Source: a virus. Taken from it: DNA of 64,000 bases. A model generated the notes under the pieces. It saw only the letters and a list, made by a program, of their open reading frames with translations, searched no databases and was not told the DNA's origin. Shown here in pieces: positions 36,246 through 43,963 of this stretch. Each line of letters opens with the position of its first letter. Within the stretch, counting starts at the first letter, position 1. The translations under genes were made by a program, and so were the position numbers. The DNA lies in IMG/VR virus record IMGVR_UViG_3300030107_007542, positions 129,779-193,778 of that record; one strand, written 5' to 3'.

Positions 36246-36441
36246 TAGAATTCTCCTTCTTCGCGGGCACAAAATGCCCCTTCTCTGTAAATATGTATCT
36301 CTCAGGGTTATTTCCCCCGAGCATCTTTACTACACAATGTCTTTCAAAAACATCACGCACCTCAAAGCAGTATTCCCGATAGTATGGCAACCAGTCTTCT
36401 GGTGCACTGGGTGAAATCCTAACAATATCACCCGACTTCAT
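36238..36441 (-). CDS. SH3/KOW-like array microprotein
   Basis: MKSGDIVRI; 14-nt overlap with the upstream gene. Confidence 0.7.
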   Translation of the reverse strand: MKSGDIVRISPSAPEDWLPYYREYCFEVRDVFERHCVVKMLGGNNPERYIFTEKGHFVPAKKENSNA

Positions 36442-36622
36442 CGGCAATTTCCAAATTGGCTTTACCGATAATCCACACCCACTCGGGACGCGAACCAACC
36501 ATCATTAATTCGACAGCCGTTTCCGTAGGAAAATCAAGGACTTGAAAGGTCTTGTCCCTGTAGTCTTCCATCCAATCCAGGGCTGGTTTTTCAATCAACT
36601 TTACAACATCACCGATCTTCAT
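36428..36622 (-). CDS. SH3/KOW-like array microprotein
   Basis: MKIGDVVKL. Confidence 0.7.
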   Translation of the reverse strand: MKIGDVVKLIEKPALDWMEDYRDKTFQVLDFPTETAVELMMVGSRPEWVWIIGKANLEIADEVG

Positions 36623-36803
36623 TTACTAACTCCAAATCTCTCGCCCTGTACGAGCCACGATCTCTACCTTTATTTTGGTGGACCCATTCTATAACTTTGA
36701 TTTCATCCGTGCCGGGGATTTCCCGCACGATTATTCCCAGCCAGCCGCCCCAGTCATCGTGATGGGTGGAAGTCCGATACCTTACCAAGTCACCGACCTT
36801 CAC
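36609..36803 (-). CDS. SH3/KOW-like array microprotein
   Basis: MKVGDLVRY...LGIIV...IEW. Confidence 0.75.
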   Translation of the reverse strand: MKVGDLVRYRTSTHHDDWGGWLGIIVREIPGTDEIKVIEWVHQNKGRDRGSYRARDLELVNEDR

Positions 36804-36990
36804 TTATCACCTCCAGTAAGTCTATCTTGCTCGGCATCACGCTCTCGATACCACTCCACTTCACTAGGGCGGTTGGGACAACTCGATAATGAATCCCCAC
36901 CACGATACCCACGCGCTTACTCTCATTGAGCCACGCGGTTCCCTTCGGATACATCTTTTCGCCATACTTTACCAAGTCACCGACTTTCAT
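36790..36990 (-). CDS. SH3/KOW-like array microprotein
   Basis: MKVGDLVKY...VGIVV...VKW. Confidence 0.75.
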   Translation of the reverse strand: MKVGDLVKYGEKMYPKGTAWLNESKRVGIVVGIHYRVVPTALVKWSGIESVMPSKIDLLEVISEGR

Positions 36991-37072
36991 TTTTCATCCT
37001 TCGGTGGAGCACCTAAAAACCAAACCAAACCATAAAATACAACTGTGACGGCCCAACTTATTAAGTTGTGCT

Positions 37073-37291
37073 TCATCGTATAATCTCTATCTGTCGTTGA
37101 TACAAAGATTCCTCAATCATTTCAGGGCTGTGATGAGTTACAGTGTTGGTGATGCTCCACGCAATATAGTAGTAAGCACTAGCTTCATGGATCTGAACAA
37201 CAATTCCTAGTTCGTCAATGTCGGCACCCTCGGTATCATCCCCGTTCCACCGGACCAATGTTCCAATTCTAAAATCAGCGTGAGTTTGCAC
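37073..37291 (-). CDS. SH3/KOW-like array microprotein
   Basis: Likely GTG start; FRIGTLVRW...LGIVV...IAW. Confidence 0.6.
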   Translation of the reverse strand: MQTHADFRIGTLVRWNGDDTEGADIDELGIVVQIHEASAYYYIAWSITNTVTHHSPEMIEESLYQRQIEIIR

Positions 37292-37475
37292 GGGACAGAA
37301 TCTCCAAAGTATCGCGCCGGGTGTAAACATCCCAACGGTCGCCATCTTCCAGTTTGCTATCATCAAAAAAGCGCACCCAAACGTGGATGCCTTCTTTGCC
37401 TACAATATATCCCGCTGCGCCCTCGGACACTCGGGACTTTACAACGTCTCCAATTTGTGGTGATTTCCTAGCCAC
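37275..37475 (-). CDS. SH3/KOW-like array microprotein
   Basis: QIGDVVKS...GYIV...VRF. Confidence 0.7.
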   Translation of the reverse strand: MARKSPQIGDVVKSRVSEGAAGYIVGKEGIHVWVRFFDDSKLEDGDRWDVYTRRDTLEILSRANSR

Positions 37476-37698
37476 GTTTCACCTCGATGGTTCCTGCTTT
37501 TTCCCACTCTTGTAACTCTAGGTCGAAGTAATGATACTCATTGGTGCTGTAAGGGAATCCCACGAGCACAGCCGGGTTCATCATGTCGTCGCAGTCACGA
37601 CGAACAATCCAGCCGAACTCTCTCGGCGTCTCGGCCCATTTTTCGTGACCGTGCAAAAACACAATAAGATCGCCGGGTTTGTAGTCGTCTTGATTCAC
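37468..37698 (-). CDS. SH3/KOW-like array microprotein
   Basis: YKPGDLIVF...FGWIV. Confidence 0.65.
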   Translation of the reverse strand: MNQDDYKPGDLIVFLHGHEKWAETPREFGWIVRRDCDDMMNPAVLVGFPYSTNEYHYFDLELQEWEKAGTIEVKRG

Positions 37699-37722
37699 AG
37701 TCCGTACCTCCATCGTGCTTAC

Positions 37723-37750
37723 AGTATAGCACACAGGGCGCAAAAGTCAA
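37723..37750 (-). promoter_or_regulatory. sigma70-type promoter
   Basis: TTGACT-16-TATACT. Confidence 0.55.
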
Positions 37751-37753
37751 TAG

Positions 37754-37960
37754 CTAATCAGGAATCCGCAGATCGTTTACATGTTCCCAACTGTGTTTGT
37801 TGTCCGTAGTATAAACTCTCACCTCCAGGGTGCCATCAACAAAGCCTCGGGTGTCTGTGATAACACCCAGGCAATCAGTAAAAACCCATTTGGGCTTACC
37901 TGTTTGCGGGGCAAAGTTGTACCTTCCTTTTCTCACTATCACTACATCACCGAGCTTCAC
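37754..37960 (-). CDS. SH3/KOW-like array microprotein
   Basis: MKLGDVVIV...LGVIT. Confidence 0.7.
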   Translation of the reverse strand: MKLGDVVIVRKGRYNFAPQTGKPKWVFTDCLGVITDTRGFVDGTLEVRVYTTDNKHSWEHVNDLRIPD

Positions 37961-38147
37961 TTATCACCTCGAAATACCTTTTGGGAACCCACAGGTTCTC
38001 TTTATTACAAACTTTAATAGTTCCGCTAGGCGCCGGATTGCCGGCATCCAGCACCAAGAGAGGACTAAGAGTTCTAGCCCACTCGCGGGTTGGCTCATAC
38101 TTCCAGGCAAAGCCGCGCTTTACTCTCACCAAATCACCGACCTTCAC
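37947..38147 (-). CDS. SH3/KOW-like array microprotein
   Basis: MKVGDLVRV. Confidence 0.7.
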   Translation of the reverse strand: MKVGDLVRVKRGFAWKYEPTREWARTLSPLLVLDAGNPAPSGTIKVCNKENLWVPKRYFEVISEAR

Positions 38148-38346
38148 TTACAACCTCCCACCATGCTCTCGGCAACGTAAAGGGGCAGCGGTCAGCGTAA
38201 TATGCAATATCGTCACGGGCTCCATCAATCAACCATTCTACAACGATTGCCCACGCATCTGCCTGCACCACCATTGCAAGGTCCCCCCGAATGCCTGGAA
38301 AGTCTCCCGTAACATCCTTGAACTTCACTAGGTCACCGACCTTCAC
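38134..38346 (-). CDS. SH3/KOW-like array microprotein
   Basis: MKVGDLVKF...AMVV...VEW. Confidence 0.75.
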   Translation of the reverse strand: MKVGDLVKFKDVTGDFPGIRGDLAMVVQADAWAIVVEWLIDGARDDIAYYADRCPFTLPRAWWEVVSEGR

Positions 38347-38536
38347 TTACAGCCTCCAAGTCTTTCCGCCTTACCCAGCTAACATCCTTGCCGCCATCAT
38401 CGAACCACCGAACACGCACTTCGCTATATGGTTGTGCCACAGCGACAGAGTTCAGGTGAAATTCCTCTATGATCATTCCCACCCCACCCGGAAGCGATGC
38501 TCCGAAGCGCAGTTTTACCAAGTCACCGATTTTCAC
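38333..38536 (-). CDS. SH3/KOW-like array microprotein
   Basis: MKIGDLVKL...VGMII...VRW. Confidence 0.75.
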   Translation of the reverse strand: MKIGDLVKLRFGASLPGGVGMIIEEFHLNSVAVAQPYSEVRVRWFDDGGKDVSWVRRKDLEAVSEGR

Positions 38537-38708
38537 TTACAATGTCCAAAAACTCTGCGAGTTCGCAGGAGAATTCGCGGCCCACCGTGTGGGAGTCGAA
38601 CCACTGAACACTTACCGCCTTCTCCCCGTTGAAGCCAATAACCACCCCCAGGCAATTTCCCAAACCACTCAGCTCTATATTATACTTTACTAAATCACCG
38701 ATTTTCAT
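38523..38708 (-). CDS. SH3/KOW-like array microprotein
   Basis: MKIGDLVKY...LGVVI...VQW. Confidence 0.75.
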   Translation of the reverse strand: MKIGDLVKYNIELSGLGNCLGVVIGFNGEKAVSVQWFDSHTVGREFSCELAEFLDIVSENR

Positions 38709-38902
38709 TGTGCAGGCTCCAAGTCTTTCTTTGACCACCATACTTTATTACCGCTCCCATACCAATAAACTTCGCAGCCATAGTCATCAGGGTTTTTCCA
38801 GGCTGTCTCCATGTCAACAATGATACCGAGACGACCCCAGGGACACGGAAACTCTTGCAAGTCTTCGCGCTGCTTATAAGTTACCAAGTCACCAATTTTC
38901 AC
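38705..38902 (-). CDS. SH3/KOW-like array microprotein
   Basis: MKIGDLVTY...LGIIV...VYW. Confidence 0.75.
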   Translation of the reverse strand: MKIGDLVTYKQREDLQEFPCPWGRLGIIVDMETAWKNPDDYGCEVYWYGSGNKVWWSKKDLEPAQ

Positions 38903-39125
38903 TGATCAATCTCATTTCGTCTACATAACACCAGTTGGACTCATCCAACTCCGGCCAATGAACCCACACAATTCCACCCGCTTCGTACTCTTCCCGTACA
39001 TACGGGGCACTTTCAAGAAAACTGCGAGGAAAGGGAACTACAATTCCCAGAGCAAACTTCCCGTTGACCGGAGCACAACAGTCAATCTCCGCAACCAAGT
39101 CACCGATTTTCAGGTCGATTTTCAT
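38889..39125 (-). CDS. SH3/KOW-like array microprotein
   Basis: LKIGDLVAE...LGIVV...VHW. Confidence 0.75.
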   Translation of the reverse strand: MKIDLKIGDLVAEIDCCAPVNGKFALGIVVPFPRSFLESAPYVREEYEAGGIVWVHWPELDESNWCYVDEMRLISENW

Positions 39126-39303
39126 TTCTGCTTACCACCTTCCAGTTCTTAGGACTAACCATTTCGGGGCGGTCAGACTTCACAAACTGAATCTGCATCC
39201 GGTTGAACATTGATATACACTCAGTGCTTATCACAATAGCAAGTGGAGCACCGGGGTGGCAGTATTGAACCAAATCGCCAGCTTGAAAGCCGTGGTGTTG
39301 CAT
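39100..39303 (-). CDS. SH3/KOW-like array microprotein
   Basis: FQAGDLVQY...AIVI. Confidence 0.7.
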   Translation of the reverse strand: MQHHGFQAGDLVQYCHPGAPLAIVISTECISMFNRMQIQFVKSDRPEMVSPKNWKVVSRNENRPENR

Positions 39304-39479
39304 CAGTCTTCCGTTGAAAGGATTTCAAAACTGTCCAAAGGATACCACGCGGATTCATGATCTCCTGCGAACTGGATATACTCCCCTCGATTGCTACACT
39401 TGTATCCTGTAACAATCTTCATAATCATTGAGCAGTCGCGAACCAACGCGCCGATCATTGTCATTCCACGAAGTTTCAT
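39303..39479 (-). CDS. SH3/KOW-like array microprotein (58 aa, below the ORF-track cutoff)
   Basis: Manual translation MKLRGMTMIGALVRD...FEILSTED. Confidence 0.5.
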   Translation of the reverse strand: MKLRGMTMIGALVRDCSMIMKIVTGYKCSNRGEYIQFAGDHESAWYPLDSFEILSTED

Positions 39480-39531
39480 TTACTTAGTGCCTTCCAAATA
39501 TAGATTATGCAGGCAGTTCCAATTAAAATCT

Positions 39532-39696
39532 CTAACATTCTATTACTTTCAAAAAGTGGGGGCTTTCCCAGCAGGACTTCGTGGGCCACTTGACCCAGAA
39601 ATGATTAGTTGTCTTGTCGTATTTTATCACGAGCCCAATCTTAGGAAGGGTAGTGGGTCCGACTTTGATTTGGACCAGATCGCCTTTGTTCGGCAT
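39532..39696 (-). CDS. SH3/KOW-like array microprotein (54 aa, below the ORF-track cutoff)
   Basis: AGGAG RBS; MPNKGDLVQI...IGLVI...VKW. Confidence 0.65.
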   Translation of the reverse strand: MPNKGDLVQIKVGPTTLPKIGLVIKYDKTTNHFWVKWPTKSCWESPHFLKVIEC

Positions 39697-39705
39697 CTTG
39701 TACTC

Positions 39706-40086
39706 CTAGTAGCAAATGTTAGTGGTAGGGTAAATATCCCAGAAGCCGCAACCGCGACTTTCAATGTCGGTGTCTTCCTCGCCAACTCTCACAAACTTGA
39801 TGTGTTCACTGGAGCTTTGTATTACCCCATCAACCTCAAACTGATATTCATCGGACTCCGCCTCCACAATGAACCTCTCAAGTGTTTGGATACACTCGTA
39901 GGAGTCGTACCACTTGACACCATCCCAGCGAATAAGCCAGGATTTCTCGTTTTCGTAGTTGCGCTCAAAGTAATCGGCATCCTTGAATACCAAGGCTTGC
40001 GCTGCGGCATTTTGCGAACACGCGAGCGTCAAAAAGGGTGTTAGATGTTTACTGATTGCTAGAACAACTTGAGAGCGATAGCCCAT
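39706..40086 (-). CDS. Conserved phage hypothetical protein
   Basis: MGYRSQV...WDGVKWY...FVRVGEE..D. Confidence 0.65.
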   Translation of the reverse strand: MGYRSQVVLAISKHLTPFLTLACSQNAAAQALVFKDADYFERNYENEKSWLIRWDGVKWYDSYECIQTLERFIVEAESDEYQFEVDGVIQSSSEHIKFVRVGEEDTDIESRGCGFWDIYPTTNICY

Positions 40087-40108
40087 TACATACCTCCATT
40101 GTGACTAC

Positions 40109-40137
40109 AGTATACCACCGAATGCGGCTCTTGTCAA
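40109..40137 (-). promoter_or_regulatory. sigma70-type promoter
   Basis: TTGACA-17-TATACT. Confidence 0.75.
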
Positions 40138-40140
40138 CAG

Positions 40141-40344
40141 TTATTCTGCAATCTGAAAGTCGTAGGGCTCGTGCGGAATGATGGAGAGGGCTTCGCGCCT
40201 TTCCCATGAATCCCGGTGCGGGGCCAAGTCATCTTCCCACTGCACACACAACTGCTGAAATGGTGTCTCCACCTCATAGCTGCTATCAATTACGGTTCCA
40301 ACCGAACCTGTCCCAAAGTGTTGTACTTTATCGCCAATATCCAT
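40141..40344 (-). CDS. SH3/KOW-like array microprotein
   Basis: MDIGDKVQH...VGTVI...VQW. Confidence 0.75.
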   Translation of the reverse strand: MDIGDKVQHFGTGSVGTVIDSSYEVETPFQQLCVQWEDDLAPHRDSWERREALSIIPHEPYDFQIAE

Positions 40345-40346
40345 TT

Positions 40347-40538
40347 CTAGTTTCCTTTCTTTACTAGATGTAGTTCTTCTTCATAAGCCCAATAAGGCTC
40401 TGTGTTATCCATGAACAACACCCACCACGCGGGGTCGCCGTCCCAGTTTTCTTTACAATCGTCGTCATTATAATATTGTAGTTTACGAAGCGTAAGCCCT
40501 GTTGAGCCTCCGTACCGTACCAAATCACCGGTTTTCAT
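40347..40538 (-). CDS. SH3/KOW-like array microprotein
   Basis: MKTGDLVRY. Confidence 0.7.
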   Translation of the reverse strand: MKTGDLVRYGGSTGLTLRKLQYYNDDDCKENWDGDPAWWVLFMDNTEPYWAYEEELHLVKKGN

Positions 40539-40731
40539 TTGCTACCTCCACATACTCTTCGCCTACAATGAAGTTTTCCCCATCACCGTGGAGTTCTATA
40601 CGGTTGGCTTTGTGCGAGTGTCGCCGCGGCTGGATAATGCGAACAACCACACCAGCCAAAGAGCCAGCTTCAGGTCCTCTGCTCCACTCTGAAGCGTACT
40701 TTGTCCAAACTGCCAAATCACCAGTTTTCAT
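40525..40731 (-). CDS. SH3/KOW-like array microprotein
   Basis: MKTGDLAVW...GVVV. Confidence 0.7.
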   Translation of the reverse strand: MKTGDLAVWTKYASEWSRGPEAGSLAGVVVRIIQPRRHSHKANRIELHGDGENFIVGEEYVEVANENR

Positions 40732-40912
40732 TTACAACCTCAAGGTCTGTCGAGCGAGTTGAATAGGGAATCTCGTCGCGGGCGAATTGCACCGTGACGA
40801 GGTGGTACGTCTCGCAGAGAAGCTCCACATTCATAACAACCCCAAGAGGACGATCCTCCAAAGGAGTTCCCCACGCTTCGGGGGAGAATGTTACTAGGTC
40901 ACCGATTTTCAT
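40718..40912 (-). CDS. SH3/KOW-like array microprotein
   Basis: MKIGDLVTF...LGVVM...VQF. Confidence 0.75.
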   Translation of the reverse strand: MKIGDLVTFSPEAWGTPLEDRPLGVVMNVELLCETYHLVTVQFARDEIPYSTRSTDLEVVNENW

Positions 40913-41094
40913 ATTTTACTTACCACCCTCAAACAACGCTTGCTCCACCAACCTTCATTACCAGCAGTGTGCCAGACAACATAATAATGGTCCTCGGACT
41001 CCGCGTGGTCGGCCCTTGTAATTGTTCCCAGTTCGTTGGGGTCGAGCTTATTGCCGCACGAGTCTACATATTCTACCAAATCACCGACGTTCAT
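40909..41094 (-). CDS. SH3/KOW-like array microprotein
   Basis: MNVGDLVEY...LGTIT...VVW. Confidence 0.75.
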   Translation of the reverse strand: MNVGDLVEYVDSCGNKLDPNELGTITRADHAESEDHYYVVWHTAGNEGWWSKRCLRVVSKI

Positions 41095-41180
41095 TTCTTT
41101 TCCTGATTATAGATTCATATTCTAGAAGAGCCAGAGCAAAAATGGCGACACCAAGCATCACCCCTTCTTCTGCCCATTGC

Positions 41181-41384
41181 TTAAACCGGGATGTAATATT
41201 CATTTTCAAGCTTCTCCAGCTCAAAAGACAGGGCTATGATAGTGTGCCCCGTAAAGGTTTGTACTTCATAATGAAAGCCTTGTCTGTAAGTGTTGCCTTC
41301 GACATACCGGACAATTATGCCCTTATGCCCGTGGAACGTATCGTCGGTTGCTCTGAACCGTACTAGATCTCCTACCTTCATCAT
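41181..41384 (-). CDS. SH3/KOW-like array microprotein
   Basis: MKVGDLVRF...KGIIV. Confidence 0.75.
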   Translation of the reverse strand: MMKVGDLVRFRATDDTFHGHKGIIVRYVEGNTYRQGFHYEVQTFTGHTIIALSFELEKLENEYYIPV

Positions 41385-41390
41385 ACTTAC

Positions 41391-41419
41391 AGCATAGCAC
41401 GGCTAGGGGGCGCTGTCAA
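41391..41419 (-). promoter_or_regulatory. sigma70-type promoter
   Basis: TTGACA-17-TATGCT. Confidence 0.65.
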
Positions 41420-41577
41420 GAGGCAATCTCGTATGTTCACTTAGTCAGTGACGGTACCAACCACAGTAGAAACCAGTGTCTCAATCTTCATGATGAGTTT
41501 GCCAGCCGTATGAGGATTTTTGGTCGCCCACCATACTGACAAAACTACAATCAAAAGTATTACTAATAAATCTCTCA

Positions 41578-41763
41578 TTACAAACTATCTTTCTTATCCC
41601 ACTTATAGAGCCAAGCATCTTCACACTTTCCTCTGTGGCCCAATCGTTCGATACAATCTGTATTATGGCGGCTGATGTTCCTACAGCGTCTCAGTTCCCC
41701 ACCCGGAAGGCGGGTCAGGATCTTCGTTATGAGATTGTTCAGTTTTTTCTTCACATCTTTCAT
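41578..41763 (-). CDS. Hypothetical protein with a Cys/His motif
   Basis: C...C.ERLGHRGKC. Confidence 0.45.
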   Translation of the reverse strand: MKDVKKKLNNLITKILTRLPGGELRRCRNISRHNTDCIERLGHRGKCEDAWLYKWDKKDSL

Positions 41764-41926
41764 AATGTTTGGCCTCGACGAGAATCCGACGGTTGGCTCC
41801 CATCGGCTCTATTTCTATATAGCCGTCAAGCTGCAAAGCCGTAACTTTACTTATTCCCACGGGCACACCCATTTCTCTAGCGAGAATGGGGGTGATCATA
41901 TCGCCCAACTTAAACTTGAAACTCAT
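41681..41926 (-). CDS. SH3/KOW-like array microprotein
   Basis: FKLGDMIT. Confidence 0.55.
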   Translation of the reverse strand: MSFKFKLGDMITPILAREMGVPVGISKVTALQLDGYIEIEPMGANRRILVEAKHYERCEEKTEQSHNEDPDPPSGWGTETL

Positions 41927-42213
41927 ACCGGCTCCACATGTCGCCACGCATCCGGCCACATCCAACACACTGTTCCCTCAATAGAGACTTCCCGTACATT
42001 GAAGAAGCCTCCGTAGTAACTGGGGTCTGCCATTTTTTTCTGCCCTAAATAAATCATTAGAGGTTGCCCAAGTTGGACCCACTTTAGGGTCTGGTTTTTA
42101 TGGGGGGTGCTGGTGTCGAGCCAGCACTCATCCCCGCTGTCGCGTAAATACTTATAAATTCGTGGCTCCTTGAATCTCAGGAGCATTCCTGGTTTTAGTT
42201 CGCTTACTTTCAT
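41923..42213 (-). CDS. SH3-like protein
   Basis: LKPGMLLRF. Confidence 0.55.
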   Translation of the reverse strand: MKVSELKPGMLLRFKEPRIYKYLRDSGDECWLDTSTPHKNQTLKWVQLGQPLMIYLGQKKMADPSYYGGFFNVREVSIEGTVCWMWPDAWRHVEPV

Positions 42214-42532
42214 TTTCGAAACATTTCTCCGCATATGCAGTGTCGTAGAGCTTTGTCACCTTCTGTCTTAGCTCACTCTCTGTAGTATGCCATACGGCGA
42301 GGGTGCTGTCAAGACTTTTTTTGTCCAGTTCACCGCGCTCGTATCTTTCTATCATTTGATCAGCGCCAAAGCGGAGGATTTCCCGAAGCTTCTGAGTCTC
42401 CATTATCTCGGCGAAATACTGGAGGCATGTCTCTTCGTTTCTTTCCTGGGCTAGCGGCAAGGATGTATAAACACATAAGACACCAACCAAGCATAGCAAG
42501 AACAAACACCATTCCTTTCTAATTAGTTTCAT
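42152..42532 (-). CDS. Hypothetical membrane-anchored protein
   Basis: N-terminal hydrophobic segment. Confidence 0.5.
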   Translation of the reverse strand: MKLIRKEWCLFLLCLVGVLCVYTSLPLAQERNEETCLQYFAEIMETQKLREILRFGADQMIERYERGELDKKSLDSTLAVWHTTESELRQKVTKLYDTAYAEKCFENESKRTKTRNAPEIQGATNL

Positions 42533-42756
42533 GATTCCCCGTATTCATCAAGAGATCGCAAGGGTGTTTCCACTTTGTCCCAATAGTCCTGATTGGTGTA
42601 TCGCGTTTCACCCACGGTTTCTGGGTAGGAAGAATCAAGAACAATGACCACTTCGCACACTTCAGCCCCGCTATTAGTAGTGTGTGTCATGACTACAATA
42701 CCAAATCTACACGGATCTTGCTGGTATTGAACCAGATCGCCAACTTGAAGTTCCAC
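42529..42756 (-). CDS. SH3/KOW-like array microprotein
   Basis: LQVGDLVQY...FGIVV. Confidence 0.75.
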   Translation of the reverse strand: MELQVGDLVQYQQDPCRFGIVVMTHTTNSGAEVCEVVIVLDSSYPETVGETRYTNQDYWDKVETPLRSLDEYGES

Positions 42757-42782
42757 GTACTAACTAGTAGAGGACTCCCCAC

Positions 42783-43214
42783 TTACCACCAAACTGTAAC
42801 GCTGTGGCTGTCACCATAATCTGTGGTCACCACCAAGTCAAACGTGTAGGATGAATAGCAATGATAGTAGCCGCTCTCAAACATACGATACCACTCTCCG
42901 TAGTACCCTTGATTAGTCCAAAACCAATCCCATGTGTCGATATAAAATCCTACCTCTAATTCATCTGGATAATAAAAATACGAGGAGCCCGTGTATATCT
43001 CTATATACCATCTAGACTCATTTGAATAAGAGTCGTATTCACATTCAATGTAATAATCATCTATCCAAACATCACTGCTCCCATGATGGTGGCCTCCTTG
43101 AGACTCGTGGTAGTAGCCCGAATCACCGTGTGAATGGTTCCTGGGGGTTGGTTCCACCACATAAATACACCCTGTCAGGCTAAACAACAGAAGAAGAAAG
43201 AGATTTTTATTCAT
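42783..43214 (-). CDS. Putative lipoprotein (His/Tyr/Trp-rich)
   Basis: Lipobox LTGC. Confidence 0.6.
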   Translation of the reverse strand: MNKNLFLLLLFSLTGCIYVVEPTPRNHSHGDSGYYHESQGGHHHGSSDVWIDDYYIECEYDSYSNESRWYIEIYTGSSYFYYPDELEVGFYIDTWDWFWTNQGYYGEWYRMFESGYYHCYSSYTFDLVVTTDYGDSHSVTVWW

Positions 43215-43509
43215 GCGGAGGTACCGCGATCACCCCAGGGGGCACTTCGCCCTCGACCATTCCGCCGTGCTTTACGATAACATTCGTAACAACATCGACA
43301 GGAACAAAGCCGTAGACGGTGCCGGTGGGGTCGTCTTGGTCTTCGGCCCAGGGCAAAATCAACGCTTCCGTCTGAGACGGAAAGCCAACTTCTACCAAAC
43401 TATATTTCTGTGCCGCGTCTTTGCGCGGGTCGCAATAGGCTCCATCGTGAGCCTGGACAGACATATTAAATCCATCGGCGCAAACAACCATCTTATTTCT
43501 TTTGAACAT
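43207..43509 (-). CDS. Conserved phage hypothetical protein
   Basis: CADGFNMSVQA...YCDPR...VEVGFPS...TVYGFVP...KHGG. Confidence 0.7.
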   Translation of the reverse strand: MFKRNKMVVCADGFNMSVQAHDGAYCDPRKDAAQKYSLVEVGFPSQTEALILPWAEDQDDPTGTVYGFVPVDVVTNVIVKHGGMVEGEVPPGVIAVPPHE

Positions 43510-43600
43510 TTTCTCTCCTTAAAATTGGTAGTGGGCAGCGGTGCCAGGGGGATCCCCCCACAACATGCTCCAATTGTTCCTCGGTCAATTGGCCCGAAAT

Positions 43601-43677
43601 TGGTAGGGCAGGCGGGACTTGAACCCGCGACCGGCGCTTTATAAGAACGCTACTCTGACCTCCTGAGTTACTGCCCC
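43601..43677 (-). tRNA. trnI: tRNA-Ile(UAU)
   Basis: GGGGCAG/CTGCCCT acceptor stem, GCGTT-CT TAT AA-AGCGC, GGTTCAAG, encoded CCA. Confidence 0.9.
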
Positions 43678-43732
43678 GCACTATGCGGTAGTAGGTCATT
43701 GTGAGTATCCTCCTAAGTTCGTGAAGCACCGT

Positions 43733-43954
43733 CTAACTCTTGTTCTTTTTACCCCGATAAGTGCGCTGTGGCGGGGGCCAACAAATCTTTAGTTCGATCA
43801 GCTCGGTAGCGGTTTGCTGGAACCAGTCATCCATGTGTCTGATGTGGTGCCTGTCAATCAAAAACTGCCACGCTGCTTGGATGATCCGATGATCATCGTA
43901 TTCTATGATTCCTTCCGCGATATCGCGGGCTTCTCTAAAGGTCATGCCTTTCAT
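43733..43954 (-). CDS. Hypothetical protein
   Basis: ORF track; AWQFLID...W.....ATELIE. Confidence 0.55.
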   Translation of the reverse strand: MKGMTFREARDIAEGIIEYDDHRIIQAAWQFLIDRHHIRHMDDWFQQTATELIELKICWPPPQRTYRGKKNKS

Positions 43955-43963
43955 TATTCTATT

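Noticed and set aside
39391-40044. 217-aa plus-strand ORF
   Set aside because: Antisense to three minus-strand genes that have RBSs and family motifs.
36238-42756. CRISPR array, DGR or classical integron
   Set aside because: The repeats are 14 nt and degenerate, and the intervening units are ~200-nt ORFs. No cas, reverse transcriptase, TR/VR pair, integrase or attC hairpin is seen in the window.
43525-43600. Additional tRNA-like element ending in CCACTACCA
   Set aside because: No T-arm consensus or cloverleaf can be built; only a CCAATTG hairpin.
43493-43729. 78-aa ORF spanning tRNA-Ile
   Set aside because: Its 5' half reads through the tRNA; only the 3' 31 codons are kept as a low-confidence finding.
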